Positions 47,148 through 60,600 of a stretch of DNA of 64,000 bases are shown here, piece by piece (the first letter of the stretch is position 1; every line of letters starts with the position of its first letter). Source of the stretch: Hemiscyllium ocellatum (Eukaryota); the NCBI RefSeq assembly GCF_020745735.1, contig NC_083435.1:28581231-28645230 (forward strand), written 5' to 3'. Below the pieces are notes generated by a model, which had not been told where the DNA came from, searched no databases, and saw only the letters and a list, made by a program, of their open reading frames with translations. Both the position numbers and the translations under genes were made by a program.

Positions 47148-48103
47148 CTACCTATGGAAACCTGTAGGTAAATGAGGATGAATGTTAGTGGAAACATGGG
47201 ACTCCCAGCACTTGTTAAGAAAATGAGACATTGATGTACATGAATTTTTCACAGCACTCTTGAACTGCTCCCTGAACTTGGACTGAGTTGCACCATAAAT
47301 AAATGCATGTGTGCAGCAACTTAAATCCACCAGCATTCTGCCTATCTCTGCAAAGTTGTTTAAGGAATCATTGTATTTTTCAGGAATATATCCTGCAATG
47401 GTACAACATAAGATGTTTATAACAAATAAAAACCAAAGTAAAATGAAGCTGCCTGATATTGTGAAGAATAAAATTGCAGAATTTCTTGTGCTCTCAATCT
47501 CTGGGTCAGTGCAGTTTCCAACAGTATGCCTGAGTTGTCTCCAGACCCACCTGATCATTAAAATGTGTCTGATAGTGAGCACATTGACAAAGAGAATTAA
47601 AGTATATGGGATCAATGGTGTGAAAATCGTATCAAACCATTCAAATGCCACCCATGCAGGATCTGTATAGTAGCTTGTCTTTTCCTTACAATGCCAAGGA
47701 ACATCATCAATCATCTCTCTGGGTTCAACTGTGAAGTAGAATTGGATGCTTTTTAAACAAATCACAATGGATGTGATTGATAGAATCACAAATGCAGTTT
47801 TGCCAGTGCAATACTTTGTTTTCAATTTCTGGCAACAAATGGCTACAAATCGATCAAGTGAGAAAGTGACAACAAACCAGACAGAACATTCAGTACCAAC
47901 GTAAATAAGAATAAGTATGATATTACACACATGAGTGATCTCCAGAAAAGATACTGGGAAAAAGTAGGAAATGAGTTGATCCAATATGATAGAAGAGAAG
48001 ATGACCAGTAGATCTGCTGTTGCCACAGCCATCAGGTAGTAAGTTGTGCAAGTGGAGAGGCCACACTTCTTCCATGATAGGATGACAATTACCACTAAAT
48101 TGA
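47148..48103 (-). CDS. GPR139/GPR142-like class A GPCR, intact main exon (short first exon not located)
   Basis: Open frame of about 318 codons from phase-1 acceptor ttttttttcttctctctcttacag; NLVVIVILSWKKCGLS, ATADLL, SLDRFVAICCQKLKTKYC, TPLIPY, THAFIY. An in-frame stop shortly upstream with no ATG implies a spliced first exon. Confidence 0.85.
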
Positions 48104-48339
48104 CTGTAAGAGAGAGAAGAAAAAAAAGTAAAGTTTGGAAATTACCTCGTCACAAAACTAAAATCAAGAGAAACCTCATTTGTTTGGATTTAACAAGGCA
48201 AGGAAAACGATCAACATTCTTCAGTACATGAGTGATGTGGACACAATCTTATTTCTTCACTTTCATCGATACAACTGTTGATCATTCTTAGTCTTCAATC
48301 AGCACAACTGCTCATGCAGGCAACAGCACATGCAGTTCT

Positions 48340-49350
48340 ACTGCTGGATAAGAGATTGCAGTTGAAGGGAGACGATCCAGTTGTCTTTCTCCTTGCAGGT
48401 ACCAATGACACAGGTAGTCTAATAAAGAGGTTTTGCATTGCAAGTATGAGGATCTGCCATAGAACTAAAAAGAACTTTCAATGAGGCAATTCTTGGTGCA
48501 AAAACTGAACTACATAAAAATTAGCATTTGATCAATAAGTTTAGAGTTATTGATGTGTGACTCAAGGGCTGCTGTGAGAATACTGATTGCTGGTTTGTGA
48601 TGATTTAACACGAGTACTGGAAAAATGTGGCTGCATTGTTGAGATGGGTTTCAATTAAACAGTGCTGGAGTCAGTCTTCAGGCAAGTCACCTGAATTGGG
48701 AGATACAAAGACAGTAATTGAATAGGGGAATAAGGGAGCATATCGAGATGGTTCCAGAAGTTAAAGCGAGAGGAAACAGTAGTAGATCAAGGCAAAAGTC
48801 AAATAATAATCAGAGTATAGTAGGAAATACAATGAACAAAAACAGGAAAGTATGTCAACAGATAGGGCAAAAGATTATAGAGTGGGTAAAGAAAACTGAA
48901 TTAAGAAATTTGTGCCCTGCACTTGCAATCATTTTCATCAATTGTTAAGTTCAATATAAATTCATAAGCATGATCCGATAGTAAGTAGTGAATTAGTGGT
49001 ATTCAGGATTGGCAGTATGCTGGAAAATTGTGGTGATGTAGCTGTGTTCACTAAAGAGTAGAATACAGGAGTGAGGAAGTAAATGGCATTTTGGAAACTG
49101 GAGGTGCTTATGACAGGATGACACAATAAATGTGGAAAACTTCAATTGACATATGAACCACGTGACCCTAATTAATACTAGCATAGTTTGCGTGGGACAA
49201 ATTTTCATATGCAAGTGAAACATATTCTAAGCTGCACATTGGGGAACCATCCAGGTAGTAGATTGTTTTAGATTGCGCATTATGCAAAATAAGGTGGGCA
49301 ACTGAAAACTTTGTTGAAAAGTGTAATTTACGAAAGAGTGACCATGACAT
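48340..49350 (+). mobile_element. Degraded CR1 5' region (ORF1 SGNH esterase remnant and start of ORF2)
   Basis: LKGDDPVVFLLAGTNDTG in ORF 48278..48484 resembles the CR1 ORF1 esterase block VVVHVGTND. Confidence 0.65.
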
Positions 49351-51199
49351 GAATAATGTTATATTTAGTTTATAATCAGAAACCACGGCCTTAGTTCTCT
49401 ACAAAATAAAGTATGAAGATCAAAGGGAAGATTTGGTGATGGTGGATGAGGAAAATGCAATGAAATATCTGATGTTGAACAAGCAATAGTTAACATTTAA
49501 GGAACTAATACAAAACTAACAATCAAAATACATTTCCACAATGCACAAACATTCAACAAGGAAAGTTTCCAAATGTGGCTAATGAGGATTGTATCAGATC
49601 AAAAACCTGTCAACTCAAGTTAGCAAACAAAGTTTGCCCAAGGAGAATATGGACACTGTCATTCTCAAATAATAACATTGTACAAATGGGAAAAGTAGCA
49701 AAAGAAAGACTCTAAAATCCAGTATAAATATTTATAATGATACAGATTAGTAAAAAACAAGGCAATGTGTTTGCATTACAGGAGAATTTAAAATGGGGTG
49801 TAAGCAAATAAGCAAGTAACAAATTCAATAATTTGTCTCTATATGAATGGAGGAAAGAACTAAAACACTTCCAGTAATAATGCAGTGTGAAGGTCTAAAT
49901 TAAAAAAAAAAGTAAATTCAAAACATTAATACAACTTCAAAAAATTCTGTCGATCCATATATTCCAAGCAATGCTCTGAGGACTTATGTTTGCATTCTTC
50001 CAGCATAAATGGCTATTTTGAATTCAATCACAAAAGAAAATAGAATTAATAATCTAATGGTGACCATGAAACTGTTGTCAGTTGTTGAAAAAAAAACATC
50101 TTGTTTATTTGTATCTTTAGGAAAAGAAAATACTGTCCTTACCTAGACTGGTGTACGTGTGACTCTGGACCCACATAACATGCTTGAATCTTAACAGTCC
50201 TCATTATAATCTCCAGGAATTGAAACTACATCATTAGCATTTCTCTGCATTAGCAAACCAGTCAGCCAGTCAACTGTGATATTTACAACTGACACCAACT
50301 CAGAAATCACACCCAGCTATTCCCAGATTCATCACAAAAGCGGACGCCAGGAGTCTGGACGATCTCACAGGCAGGTAACTCATCAAGCAATCCCCACCTG
50401 AAAGAACAGAAAAAAACATTCCCTCTATCTCAGTGGGTGTGCATAACCATCCTTCAATAAATGAATGTACAGCCCACAAGAATGAAAGTAGTAATTATGA
50501 CCTGAAATTTGTGAACAGAGTTTTGCGCATTTTAAAGTTATAAATTCAACAAAATATAAAATGGCATGCTTCATTTGAGCTGAAGGATATAATAATATCG
50601 GAGAGTGAGGGTAGAGAGCGGAAAGTGAGAAGCAAAACGTCAAAGCAATAGGAAGCTAAGGATAAAGAGTGACGACTGAATAGAAGGTCCCAAATTAATG
50701 TTTCAATCGAGAGTAGACAGCATTTTGAGCAGGGAATGTAGTTGTTCACATGGGAAAAATAAAAGAAAAGAAGCCAGTACTTAAACTGCACTGAATTCTT
50801 TAGGACCATAGCTGGTGTGACGGAAGGTTGTATCTCGTATTTTTGCATAGCAGGAAGGCTGTTGGAAAAGATAGAAGAGGAAATGGGAAACAGGGAGTCA
50901 GATTGCATGGGACATTGCTGGGATAAACAAGATAGATAGGTCCATTGGTATTACTGGATCTGGATTAGTGGGAAAAGCGGCGGAAGATCTATTTAATTTA
51001 CCTGGTAAGAACAAGGGAGAACACCAGGGATGGAAAGAATGAATCTCATTAACATATGAAATGATGGTGCTGGTCTAAACTCATCTTATTTTCCATAATA
51101 TGGAATATTAATTAAGACTGATATTGCTTTTTGTATACTTTTCACCAACATTTTACTGTGTTTACCTTGAAAATTATTTACCCTGAGTGTTTACGCTGA

Positions 51200-52300
51200 A
51201 AGTTCCTCCTCCCACTGCCTCCCTTTATTGGTTTTCCTATTTTGGCTGTTTCCTGTTCATGAAGAGTCAGCTATTGTATGTTCCAACGTGGCTGTTGAAC
51301 CCGTTTGCAAACGCATATAATTCTTCTTGTTGGGACAGATATGAATGCCCTGATATTTTTGCCATTTCCATTTTTTGCTGCTGGTGTTCTTAATGGTTGG
51401 AAAAAAATATCTTGGATTTGTGACCTAGATTGTACTCTCTTGAACAGTTTGCCTTCATCTCCCCGCCCCAACAGAATCTAGCGGAAAGTGCCTCCAAATG
51501 CAAAATCCCTTTCGTGACCCTCTTCACCCTATATGGTAGCAATGTCATTTTCGTATTGTCCAATGTTGCTGAGCAATGTTTGGTAATTGTTTCTGCTTAG
51601 TGATTTAGAACTCCACTAAACGCCCAAGATAGATGCAATTGTTATTGTCACCCCAATGGGTCAATGAGGAATATACTAACAAGTCTGCAGCATAATTTGG
51701 CACCCTGATGTTTTCTGATACTGAATTTCACTTGTCCAGTGAACCAGATCGACGAGAGCATGTCAGGTTAGCTTGAAATATGTGCACCAAAATGTGGAAA
51801 TTTCGGCTCAGTTAAGAAGTTAACATTTTCACTTGGAAACTTAGCATATTGTAGTTGCAGAATTCCCAACCATTTGATATGCTGGAAGGCCAGGGTCATC
51901 TCCTGCAACATGGCTCCAATCCTTCCCAGAAGTTCGGTAACCACATCTGATCAATGTAAACTTTTGCAATGAATCCATTGTGACTAAGAAAGCCGATTTG
52001 AGATTAAAATCTACTCAGTGCATTGCATATTTTACTCAATTTGCACTGTTTCAATTTGGACTTCTCAGTTTGCAAAAACCCACTGGAATGGAAAGGATAC
52101 CTGTGAAAGACTGACCTGGTGCTCCTGCGGCAACTCTGAGGGATGGCACTGAGCCGAGTTGCACAGAAAATCAATGGGGGATGGAGAGTGAGGATGGCAA
52201 GCTCTCCAACCAAGCAGATGTAGGTGGAAAAGACCGAAGCAGTCAAATCCAGCTTGTTTCAAATCCGCAAAGGCAGTGGGCTCCAATTATCCAGTGTTCA
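51200..52300 (-). mobile_element. Degraded CR1 5' region (ORF1/endonuclease remnants)
   Basis: Reverse-strand remnants resembling the esterase and ORF2 N-terminal region; many stops. Confidence 0.45.
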
Positions 52301-53167
52301 CTGTAGTCAAGACTATGTTCTTATAAATGCTGGTTCAATGGTGACACAGATCTTAAACACAAGACCTGCATGAGTTTGTTGCTCAGATATCAGCCTGGGT
52401 ACATGATAGTGAATTGCTCAATCTTTAGCTGAAGCATCTATGGCTTAAAAGCAGGCATCGTTTTCTTTATTTTCACAACAATGAATAAGCTAGTACCTAA
52501 TAACTTAAATGGACGTGATAAGACCCGGTAAAAGGGGTCAGGTGCGTTGGAAACACGTTAGGCATTGTATAACTTGAATAAATACGTTCAATTAATTTAC
52601 ACTATTATTCATTCAGTGGTGAAGCATTTATTCATTTTTAATAATTTGGAAAGTATGGCACCGACAGCGAGTCTTCCTCAGCCAAATAAAAAGAGGTTCT
52701 AATCGAGTGTGTTTGTCCATAACCCCATATAAACACTACTTGTCCAACAATGCGAAGTGCTGTCCACCCGAGCATGCTCAATTTATATACGAGAATTCAG
52801 TTTTTTTTTCAAATATTTTTATTGGATAATGTTGAAAATAGTGAGCGTCTGATTTCCTTCACCACAAAGATCATTTATTTTTTCATTAATAATGAACAAA
52901 TCTCATCGGCCATTTGAAATTTTTGTGCAAATTTGATATTGGACAATTCATCTCCCAGTCTCGTCAGCAAACTATCATTGAAGAGACATTATGAAGTAAT
53001 TGGGTAAAACTGAAGTGTGCTTAAAAAATGGCGTGTACTATGGTCTACCTGAGTCTTTTCTGATACAATAAACACATCACATGCCTGTAGTTTAGATATA
53101 TATTTGAAGGTCATCATCATCACATTACATGGAGTGCTCATGGCATTTTGCTTGTGGCTTCTTTTCT

Positions 53168-54568
53168 TTAACCTTTTACACCACTGCCCTTGAACTGGCA
53201 CAAGAGAAGATGTTTGAAGGTTTTCTTGAAAGTAGCATTACAGAGTGCATAACAGGCTGGATTGACAGTGCTATTTATGTAAAATATCCAATATCCGATA
53301 TTCGCAACTGTGCTTGGAATACAGATGGGACAGAACGTGCTAATGAGCACCATGACATTGTATGGAGTCCAAGTGATGATAAATGCCAGGAGAATCGCCA
53401 GAATGGTTCTCGTCACTTTCGTTTCTCTCGTAACACTGACCTTTCTCTTCTGAGCAGTATTATGAATTATTTTACTCGTTTTTTGGGTTTCTGGGATATT
53501 CCTATCCTTCCCGTTATTGCTTCGAAGATCTGTAACAATTCTAGGTGTGGTTCCATGGTCATTAATATTTTGTCGTTGATTTACCGTCCTTGTGTAGGAG
53601 ACTCTGCAGTTATCCATCACAGTACAGACATTTCCATTCTCACTGATAGGCCCGACTAACTGCTTGTTTAATGGAATCGTAATGGAAGAAGTTGACTCAC
53701 CCAAGCACACCTCATCTCTTTCATCGAAATGATCAATTATTCTTCCATCAATTATTGTACCTTTTGGCATTTTCACTTGTGGCAGCCTAACAGAAGCATT
53801 AGATATGTTGCTCGGATTCGATTTCAGTATCTTATTCACCTCAAGGCTGGAGGAAACTAGTTCCTTATTAGATCCAGACTCTTTTTTATCTACCTTCATT
53901 CTACTTTTGCTAGCCCGTAATATATACACATATAAAATCATCATGATGGTGACTGGCAGATAGAAGGCAGCTATTGTAGTGCCGAAAGTTACAGCAGGAT
54001 TGGAGAAGAACTGTATGTAACATTCTCCTTCACTGACTGTTCTCTGCCCTACGATGAACTGCCAGAAGAGAATGGCAGGGGCCCATACAATAAATGACAC
54101 CACCCAAACGGCTCCGATCATCATGCCTGCAACCTTTGGTGTCCTCCTTACAGGGTAGCTAAGGGGTTTGGTCACACAGAAGTAGCGGTCAAAGCTGATG
54201 ATAAGAAGATTCATGGAAGAGGCATTGCTGACAACATAATCGACAGCAAGCCATAAATCACACACCACCGCACCCAGAGGCCAGTAGCCAAGGAGACTGT
54301 AAATGGTGAACAGATTCATCGTTACTCCAACAGTGACATCAGCGCAGGCTAAGCTGAAAATAAAGTAGTTGTTAATAGTTTGCAATTGCCTGTTTACTTT
54401 GATGGAAATAATGACGAGGACGTTCCCCACGAGGGTTACCACACTCAGACATCCTGTTACAATCGCAATGAAGATTACTTCACCCGTTTTGTAAGAACTA
54501 CGTCTTTGAAGTTCAAGAGACTCTTTCCAGGTACTTAGAGATTCATTCGTTTCAATTGGTTTTTCCAT
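53168..54568 (-). CDS. CHRM2: Muscarinic acetylcholine receptor, M2/M4 class (CHRM2-like paralogue), single coding exon, 466 aa
   Basis: VNRQLQTINNYF, CDLWLAVDYVVSNAS, SFDRYFCVTKPL, ECYIQFFSN, KVTRTILAIL (Gi/o VTIL motif), WTPYN, NPACYALCN. Likely start ATG 54568 (MEKPIETNES) lies just after a strong acceptor at 54594. Orthology to CHRM2 versus a lineage-specific paralogue is not established. Confidence 0.9.
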   Translation of the reverse strand: MEKPIETNESLSTWKESLELQRRSSYKTGEVIFIAIVTGCLSVVTLVGNVLVIISIKVNRQLQTINNYFIFSLACADVTVGVTMNLFTIYSLLGYWPLGAVVCDLWLAVDYVVSNASSMNLLIISFDRYFCVTKPLSYPVRRTPKVAGMMIGAVWVVSFIVWAPAILFWQFIVGQRTVSEGECYIQFFSNPAVTFGTTIAAFYLPVTIMMILYVYILRASKSRMKVDKKESGSNKELVSSSLEVNKILKSNPSNISNASVRLPQVKMPKGTIIDGRIIDHFDERDEVCLGESTSSITIPLNKQLVGPISENGNVCTVMDNCRVSYTRTVNQRQNINDHGTTPRIVTDLRSNNGKDRNIPETQKTSKIIHNTAQKRKVSVTRETKVTRTILAILLAFIITWTPYNVMVLISTFCPICIPSTVANIGYWIFYINSTVNPACYALCNATFKKTFKHLLLCQFKGSGVKG

Positions 54569-57500
54569 AAGTTCACCCTGATGTACAGTTAGCACTGAGG
54601 AGGTCCAAAAGGAAAACAAAAGAAAATGAACATGTATTAGGAGCTGTGCTTCAGACATGTTGAAGTTAAAAGTCATCTGGCCACTTATGGTTTCTTCAAC
54701 AGCCAGTGCATGCAAATCTAACTGCTCATTTAAACTTCAATACCTTTGCCAGAAGGATTCGTTTTAAATTAGTAATTTCTCATCAATCTCTTAGACCAAT
54801 TAGATGTTAATTTGTAATTAATTAATCATTAATAGTCTAATTAGCGATTAATTGCTGTGTAAATGGTCAGGAAGACTTTCATTTTTTTTTCTACAAACTC
54901 ACGTAAACAGTGAATAGCCAGATCACTGAGGGTAGTGTTGAAAAATAACTCGTGTGCAGTGTTGTCCTTTCCTCAGAAAAAGAAATGTTTCAGTCAAAGG
55001 CAGATGTGGGGCAAAGATCCACCCTTTGACATCAGAAAGAGCGAGAACAAGCTCAACTTGAGTCTTGTCAAGTAGCACGATTAAGAGCCGTCCTCGGATT
55101 CTACTCCAAACCTTCCTCGTCAAGAAGTCTCCAAAACCCATCTTGTCATCCTCGGTTTAAAGGAATGTTATGTCATGATGTCGATCCAACAACGAATGAA
55201 TTTGCAAAACACAGCTCAAAAGGGTTCGGTGATCTACTGTGGCATGAATTTCATATCTCCCATCTTCAAGTCAGCAGAACGGATTACCAATTTCAGTGTG
55301 TGCTATTATCAAGTAGAATGGCAACGAGTTACATTGAGGAAATGTCACCAGCAGCAACCAGGAAGTGAAGAACACCAAATACCGGTGCTTTGAAATTAAA
55401 TTAATTGATAGATGGAAGATAGGAAAATGTAGATACTCAGAGAGGTAGATGTTAAGGCGCAAATGAGAACAAAAATGTTATTTTTTTGAAATTTTGACGT
55501 AAACAATTGTGCTTGAATAGTTATGAGTGTGTCTATTAATAGTTGTAAAACTTTGTATACCGTCAAAAGAAATCTCCCTACTCATTAAATATTGTATTTC
55601 AACTCTGTTTCAATGAATTTTACTGCTGCAAAACCTGTGCCATTTCTTTTTAAATGGAATCTGCTGTTGGCATTGAATACACAGATATTGTGATATATCC
55701 AGCAGAAGAAAATAAGTATTTTATTTTCACTCTTCAAGTGCAAAGTATTTGCTAACTCTATACCCTGAGTGATCTCTTACGAGCAAATTTTGTGGATGTC
55801 AACAATTACTGGGTGGTTGAGTATGTTCAACTCTCTGAACAGGGTTAATTGACAATAGGCTTCCTACTGTGGTGTGTTCATTAGTTTGCTCAAAACATTT
55901 TGTCAAGTTATGAGAATGCTGTAGAAAATTTATGTTATCGACTTCTGAGTATGATCAGAAACTGAGGAAAATTATCAACAACTCTCGTCAATGCAAAAAT
56001 GCTGACACTGTAATTGTAAAAGAAAGGTTAGCATTGATCTATCTTCTAACCGAAATAATTTTCCTTTCCCATCTAAATATTTTGAATCACAAGCCACCTG
56101 CCCATAATTGCAATTAAAGTATACCCATTGAACTCATTTTTACATTTAAGTATTGAAATAGATATTTAAGTTTACATTTAAAGTCTTCAAATATTAGAGG
56201 TGGCCATGCTATATATTCCTGACTTCATGGTGCGCCTCACGTAAAACTCGCCACCAACCATGTCTTTCTCATGCCTCACCCCTACCGTGGTTGCCATTGT
56301 TTTTGGTTTTGCTTTACAAATCAATGTTGGTTCAGAGCTGTGAAGTTAGAATTGTAAGCTAAAGATGCCGTTTGGTCTATGGGTAACAACTTGCATTAAA
56401 AAAAAAGAAAACAGTCCAAACAAGCCTTCATTTATTTGCGAATCCAGGCCTGGATAAATTGTAGATGGTTCCCTGATCAGAAGGTTCTGCAGTCGCTGCC
56501 GCATTGTGTTTAAATAAATAAAATAAATCGGCAGTTAATGAGTAAGGCACATGGGAATTTCGTTCAGCCAGTCTGGAAGAAACACTATTTTCAAGTAAAT
56601 GGAAGAAATTAAGTGGTATGTCAGAATGCTTGCGACAGACGTCAGTCTGGCAGGGGGTGGTCAGAGTTTGAATTTCATTATTCGACTACGTTTCTTTTAA
56701 AAATCAATCCGGCTGCGGATATTGCAATGTTAAAGTGAAAGCCTCCCACCTAACCTCCTTTGCCAGTTCCTGGTTGCTGAGAGAATACAAAACTAAATCA
56801 TAAATGTTATTACTTTTATCTAAAAGATTATCTTGATCAATAGCTTCAGAAAAATCAACCAAAAAAGCTATCTTTTATGTCTGTGGAATAACACATGTGG
56901 AAAAACATTTCAGTAATTTTGCTATTTTATTTTATTTAAATATTTTTGTATGTCTCTAATTTGTTTGAAAGAGGCTGAAAACAAAGGTTTTGTGTTTAAA
57001 GCATGCACCGATTAGATTACTGTGTTGTTTAACTTTGCTCTACTAAAGTTATTCTACAATGAAAAAAAATCAAAGTCTTATGTTGAAACCTCAAACTAGT
57101 ATCGAGAACAGATTACTTGTAGTCTGAGATCAGTTATTGATAAAGTGTATTTTGGAACTATTGGGGCCAATTATGAGGCTGTTTTGAAAGTTTTCACTTT
57201 AATTCGTCATGAATACAGAGGTAGAAAGGTGGGTTTAATTCTTCTCTCTATCTCTGTGGAGGAACATTAATAACCGAGTAGTTGCCAACCTGTGACGATG
57301 GTGTTCGCAACTGGTTTATTAAGAATTATTCCCTGTTATTATCCTACTTCGTTCTTGCTTGTGCATTATCAATATTTTCTATAATATTCAGCGTTCTTCC
57401 CTAATGCAGTCCTTCACACATTCATATGGAATAAGGATACATTCTGTTCTATGATTTCCTACATAAATCTGTAGACATACAGAGTTCTTTAGTGAGCAAG

Positions 57501-57689
57501 AGCACCATTTGAGGAAATTTCACAAGGACAGACAAATGTTGGATGCTGCTGAAAAAGACAAACAAGAGCCAGTGCACAAATGTTACATTACTTTCCTTGA
57601 AATACTGTCATAAGAACATTAACATTGACCTGATCAGAGAGTGGTCAATTTTGTTTTTTTCACATTTCAAGCACAAGAAGTTACCGCCA

Positions 57690-60600
57690 ACAGTGCGGTA
57701 ATTCTTCAGTACCGAGCGTCCGATGGTGCAACAGTCGCTCAATCATGGAGCTCTGACAATGCAGCATTCTCACTGTACTGACCCTCTCACAGTGCAGCAC
57801 TCCCTCAGTACTGACCCTCTGACAATGACACACCCGCAGTCAGTACTGGGGCAGTACTGCAATGTCAGAAAGCCAGTACTGAAGGAACTCTGCACTTCAG
57901 ACAGTCAGTACCGAAGGAATAGTACAGCATCAGACAAGCTATTAAGTGATCGACGATCGATCAGAAGGATTAATTTTAAGGGAGCCGCACACCAAAAGGG
58001 TCAGTTCTGTACTGTTACCAAATCAGCACGGACGCAGTGCTGCACTATCAGAGATTCTTAACCAAGGGAATGCTGCACTGAGCGAGGGTCAGTCCTGAGG
58101 AAATCCCTGCACTGTCAGAAAGTCAATAGAGAATGTGTTGTGAAGAATTGCAACACTGTCAGTTGCATCATTACAGAGGGAGTACTGAATTGTCACAGTG
58201 TATATAATTAGGGAGTGCCACTCCACCAGAAACAATGCTACGGGAGTGCTGCGATACCACAAACCTTTGAATACTTTCCATCTGCTCTCTATCATTACTG
58301 ACAGTGCAGCACTCACATAAATTGTCGTTCTGAAAGTGCAACATTCTCTCTGCACTGACACTCTGACAGTGTTTCATGATCACTAGTTCTCAGGAAGGCT
58401 GACAATGCAACACTCCCTCAGACTGACCCTCTGACAGCGCAGTATTCCCTCAATACTGACTATGTGATAGTGCGGCGTTCCCTCAATACTGGCTTTCTGG
58501 CATTGCAACATTCCGTAGTACTGAGCATCAGATGGAGTGGCTTTCTCTCATTCCACACACACTGTGACAATGCAGCACCACCTCACTGCGAAAACACTTA
58601 CAGTGCTGCCCTTCTTCAATGGAAATTATGTACCCGTACAGTGTCCATCCTCTCTGACTCTCTGACAGTGCTGGAACTGCCTCAGTATTGACCCTCGGAC
58701 ATTGCAGCACTCGCTCAGTTAAGAATTTCAAATAGTCAAACCCTGCCTCCGTGCTGATTCCTTAAATGTGCAGCATAAGCAATATTCTGTCCGCCTGACA
58801 GTGAAAAACTCTCAGTCCTGAACGATTGACAGTGGAGCTTCGCGTCAATGCTAACAATCTGTCAGTGTCGCTGTCACAGTGCTGACTCACAATAGTGCAG
58901 GACTCTCTCCCCATCCTCTCAAATGGAGAACTTCATCAGGAATAATACTTCTGATAGAATAGCGATCACGTACTACTTTCCCGCAGACATTGCAGCACTG
59001 TCTCTGTATTAACTGTCTGACATGCAGCAGTTCCGTCAGTACTAGCTTTCAGTACCATCCTAGTACTGAGCCTCAGATAGCGCAACCTTATTACATACAC
59101 TCTGACAATGTAGCAAAGCCTCAGTGCTGAACTTTGACAATGCGACAGAACTTCTCACGTTCCCCTCTGACAGTGATACGCTTTCTCACTTTCATTATTA
59201 ACCAGCTGACCGTGCAGCATTAGTTTAGTACTGACAGTGCAGTTCTCCCTCCAATCTGACTCTCAAACAGTTCAGCAGCGACTCTACTGACCTTCTGACA
59301 GTTTTGAAGCCGCTGACAGTGCAGCAGTCAGCATTGACCCACTGGCAGCATTCCCTTAGTACTGGATATCTGGGCTATTGCAACAGTACCGAGAATGAGG
59401 CGAGTGGCTCACCCTTATTGCATACGCAGCAAATAACAGTCTGATCCTCTGACAGTACAGCACTTCCTTCGCAAACATTGAAAGAACTGCAGATGCTGTA
59501 AATCAAAATAAGAGAGGTTGCTGGCAGTTGCACAGTCACTCAATGTCTTTGTGATAAATATCTGCCGTGTAGCATTCCTTCCATATTGATCTTCTGTAGT
59601 TTAGCCTTCGCTAGTTACTGAGCCTCAGCCAGTGCAGCACATCGTTTCAGCTATCCCCCTGACAGTGCGGCACAGCCATAGTACTGACCCTCTGAGATTG
59701 GGATCCTATGTCTCTCTTTTAGTGCGAATCATCTGACTGTGTAGCAGCCCCTCAGTACTGCACTTCTGACATTGCAGCACTCACTCAGTACTGACCCTCC
59801 GACAGTACAGCACTCCCACAGTACTGACTGTCTGACAGTACGGCATTCCCTCAGTACTGACCCTCTGACAGTGCAGCACTCACTCATTACTGACCATCTG
59901 ACAATGCGGCTCTCCCTCGGAACTGACCATCTGACTGCAGTATTCCTTCAGTATGGAAACTCTGACAGTGCTACAAATCCTGCTAACTTTCTTCTAATCC
60001 TGTCAAAGTGAGACAATTTGTCTCTCCCAGTATTAAACATCTGAACCTGTCGCACTTTTTCTGGAGTTATCGTCTGATAATGTGGCGCTCCTTTTATCAA
60101 CACATTCTGACAATACGCTCTGTTCTCTCAGCCCGAAAAAGTCTGACCAAGCAGCACTCCCATAATAGTGAACCTCCGACCCAGAGGGGCAGTCTCAACC
60201 GTTGTCCTCGGACAAGTGCAGCGCTTCTTCAGAACTGACCAGCTGACAGTGCTGGACTCCACCAGTATTGACCTGTTGTCAGTGCAGAACTCCTTCAGTA
60301 TTTACACTCAGGAGAGTGACCCTCCCTCCACCCCGCCAACCACTGACAGTGCAGCACAACCACTCTCTGTCTCTCTGACAGTGCAAACTTTCCACATCAC
60401 CGATCATTTGATCGTGCAACACTCTCTCAGTTATGAATCTCTGATAGTGAAGCACTGCCTCAGTCCTGATTCTGTAAAAATGCAAAACACAATTCCTAAT
60501 AAACCTCTGAAAATTCGATTTCCATTATTACCTATCCTCTGACAGAGCAGCGCTAACTTTGTATTTTTCCTCTGGCAGTGCATCATTCCCTCAGTGCTGA

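Noticed and set aside
50990-51060. Possible first exon of the 47-48 kb GPCR (CCAG|GTAAAT donor on the minus strand)
   Set aside because: The phase-1 translation (WCSPLFLP) does not resemble a TM1 N-terminal half, and no supporting start was found.
54569-54715. 49-aa N-terminal extension of the muscarinic ORF (MHALAVEE...)
   Set aside because: It runs through a polypyrimidine tract and AG acceptor at 54594, so it is probably intron. ATG 54568 gives a typical 466-aa receptor with an N-glycosylation site (NES).
58022-58040. REST/NRSE-like TCAGCACGGAC upstream of the muscarinic gene
   Set aside because: The spacing is non-canonical and the motif lies inside satellite sequence that generates such matches by chance.
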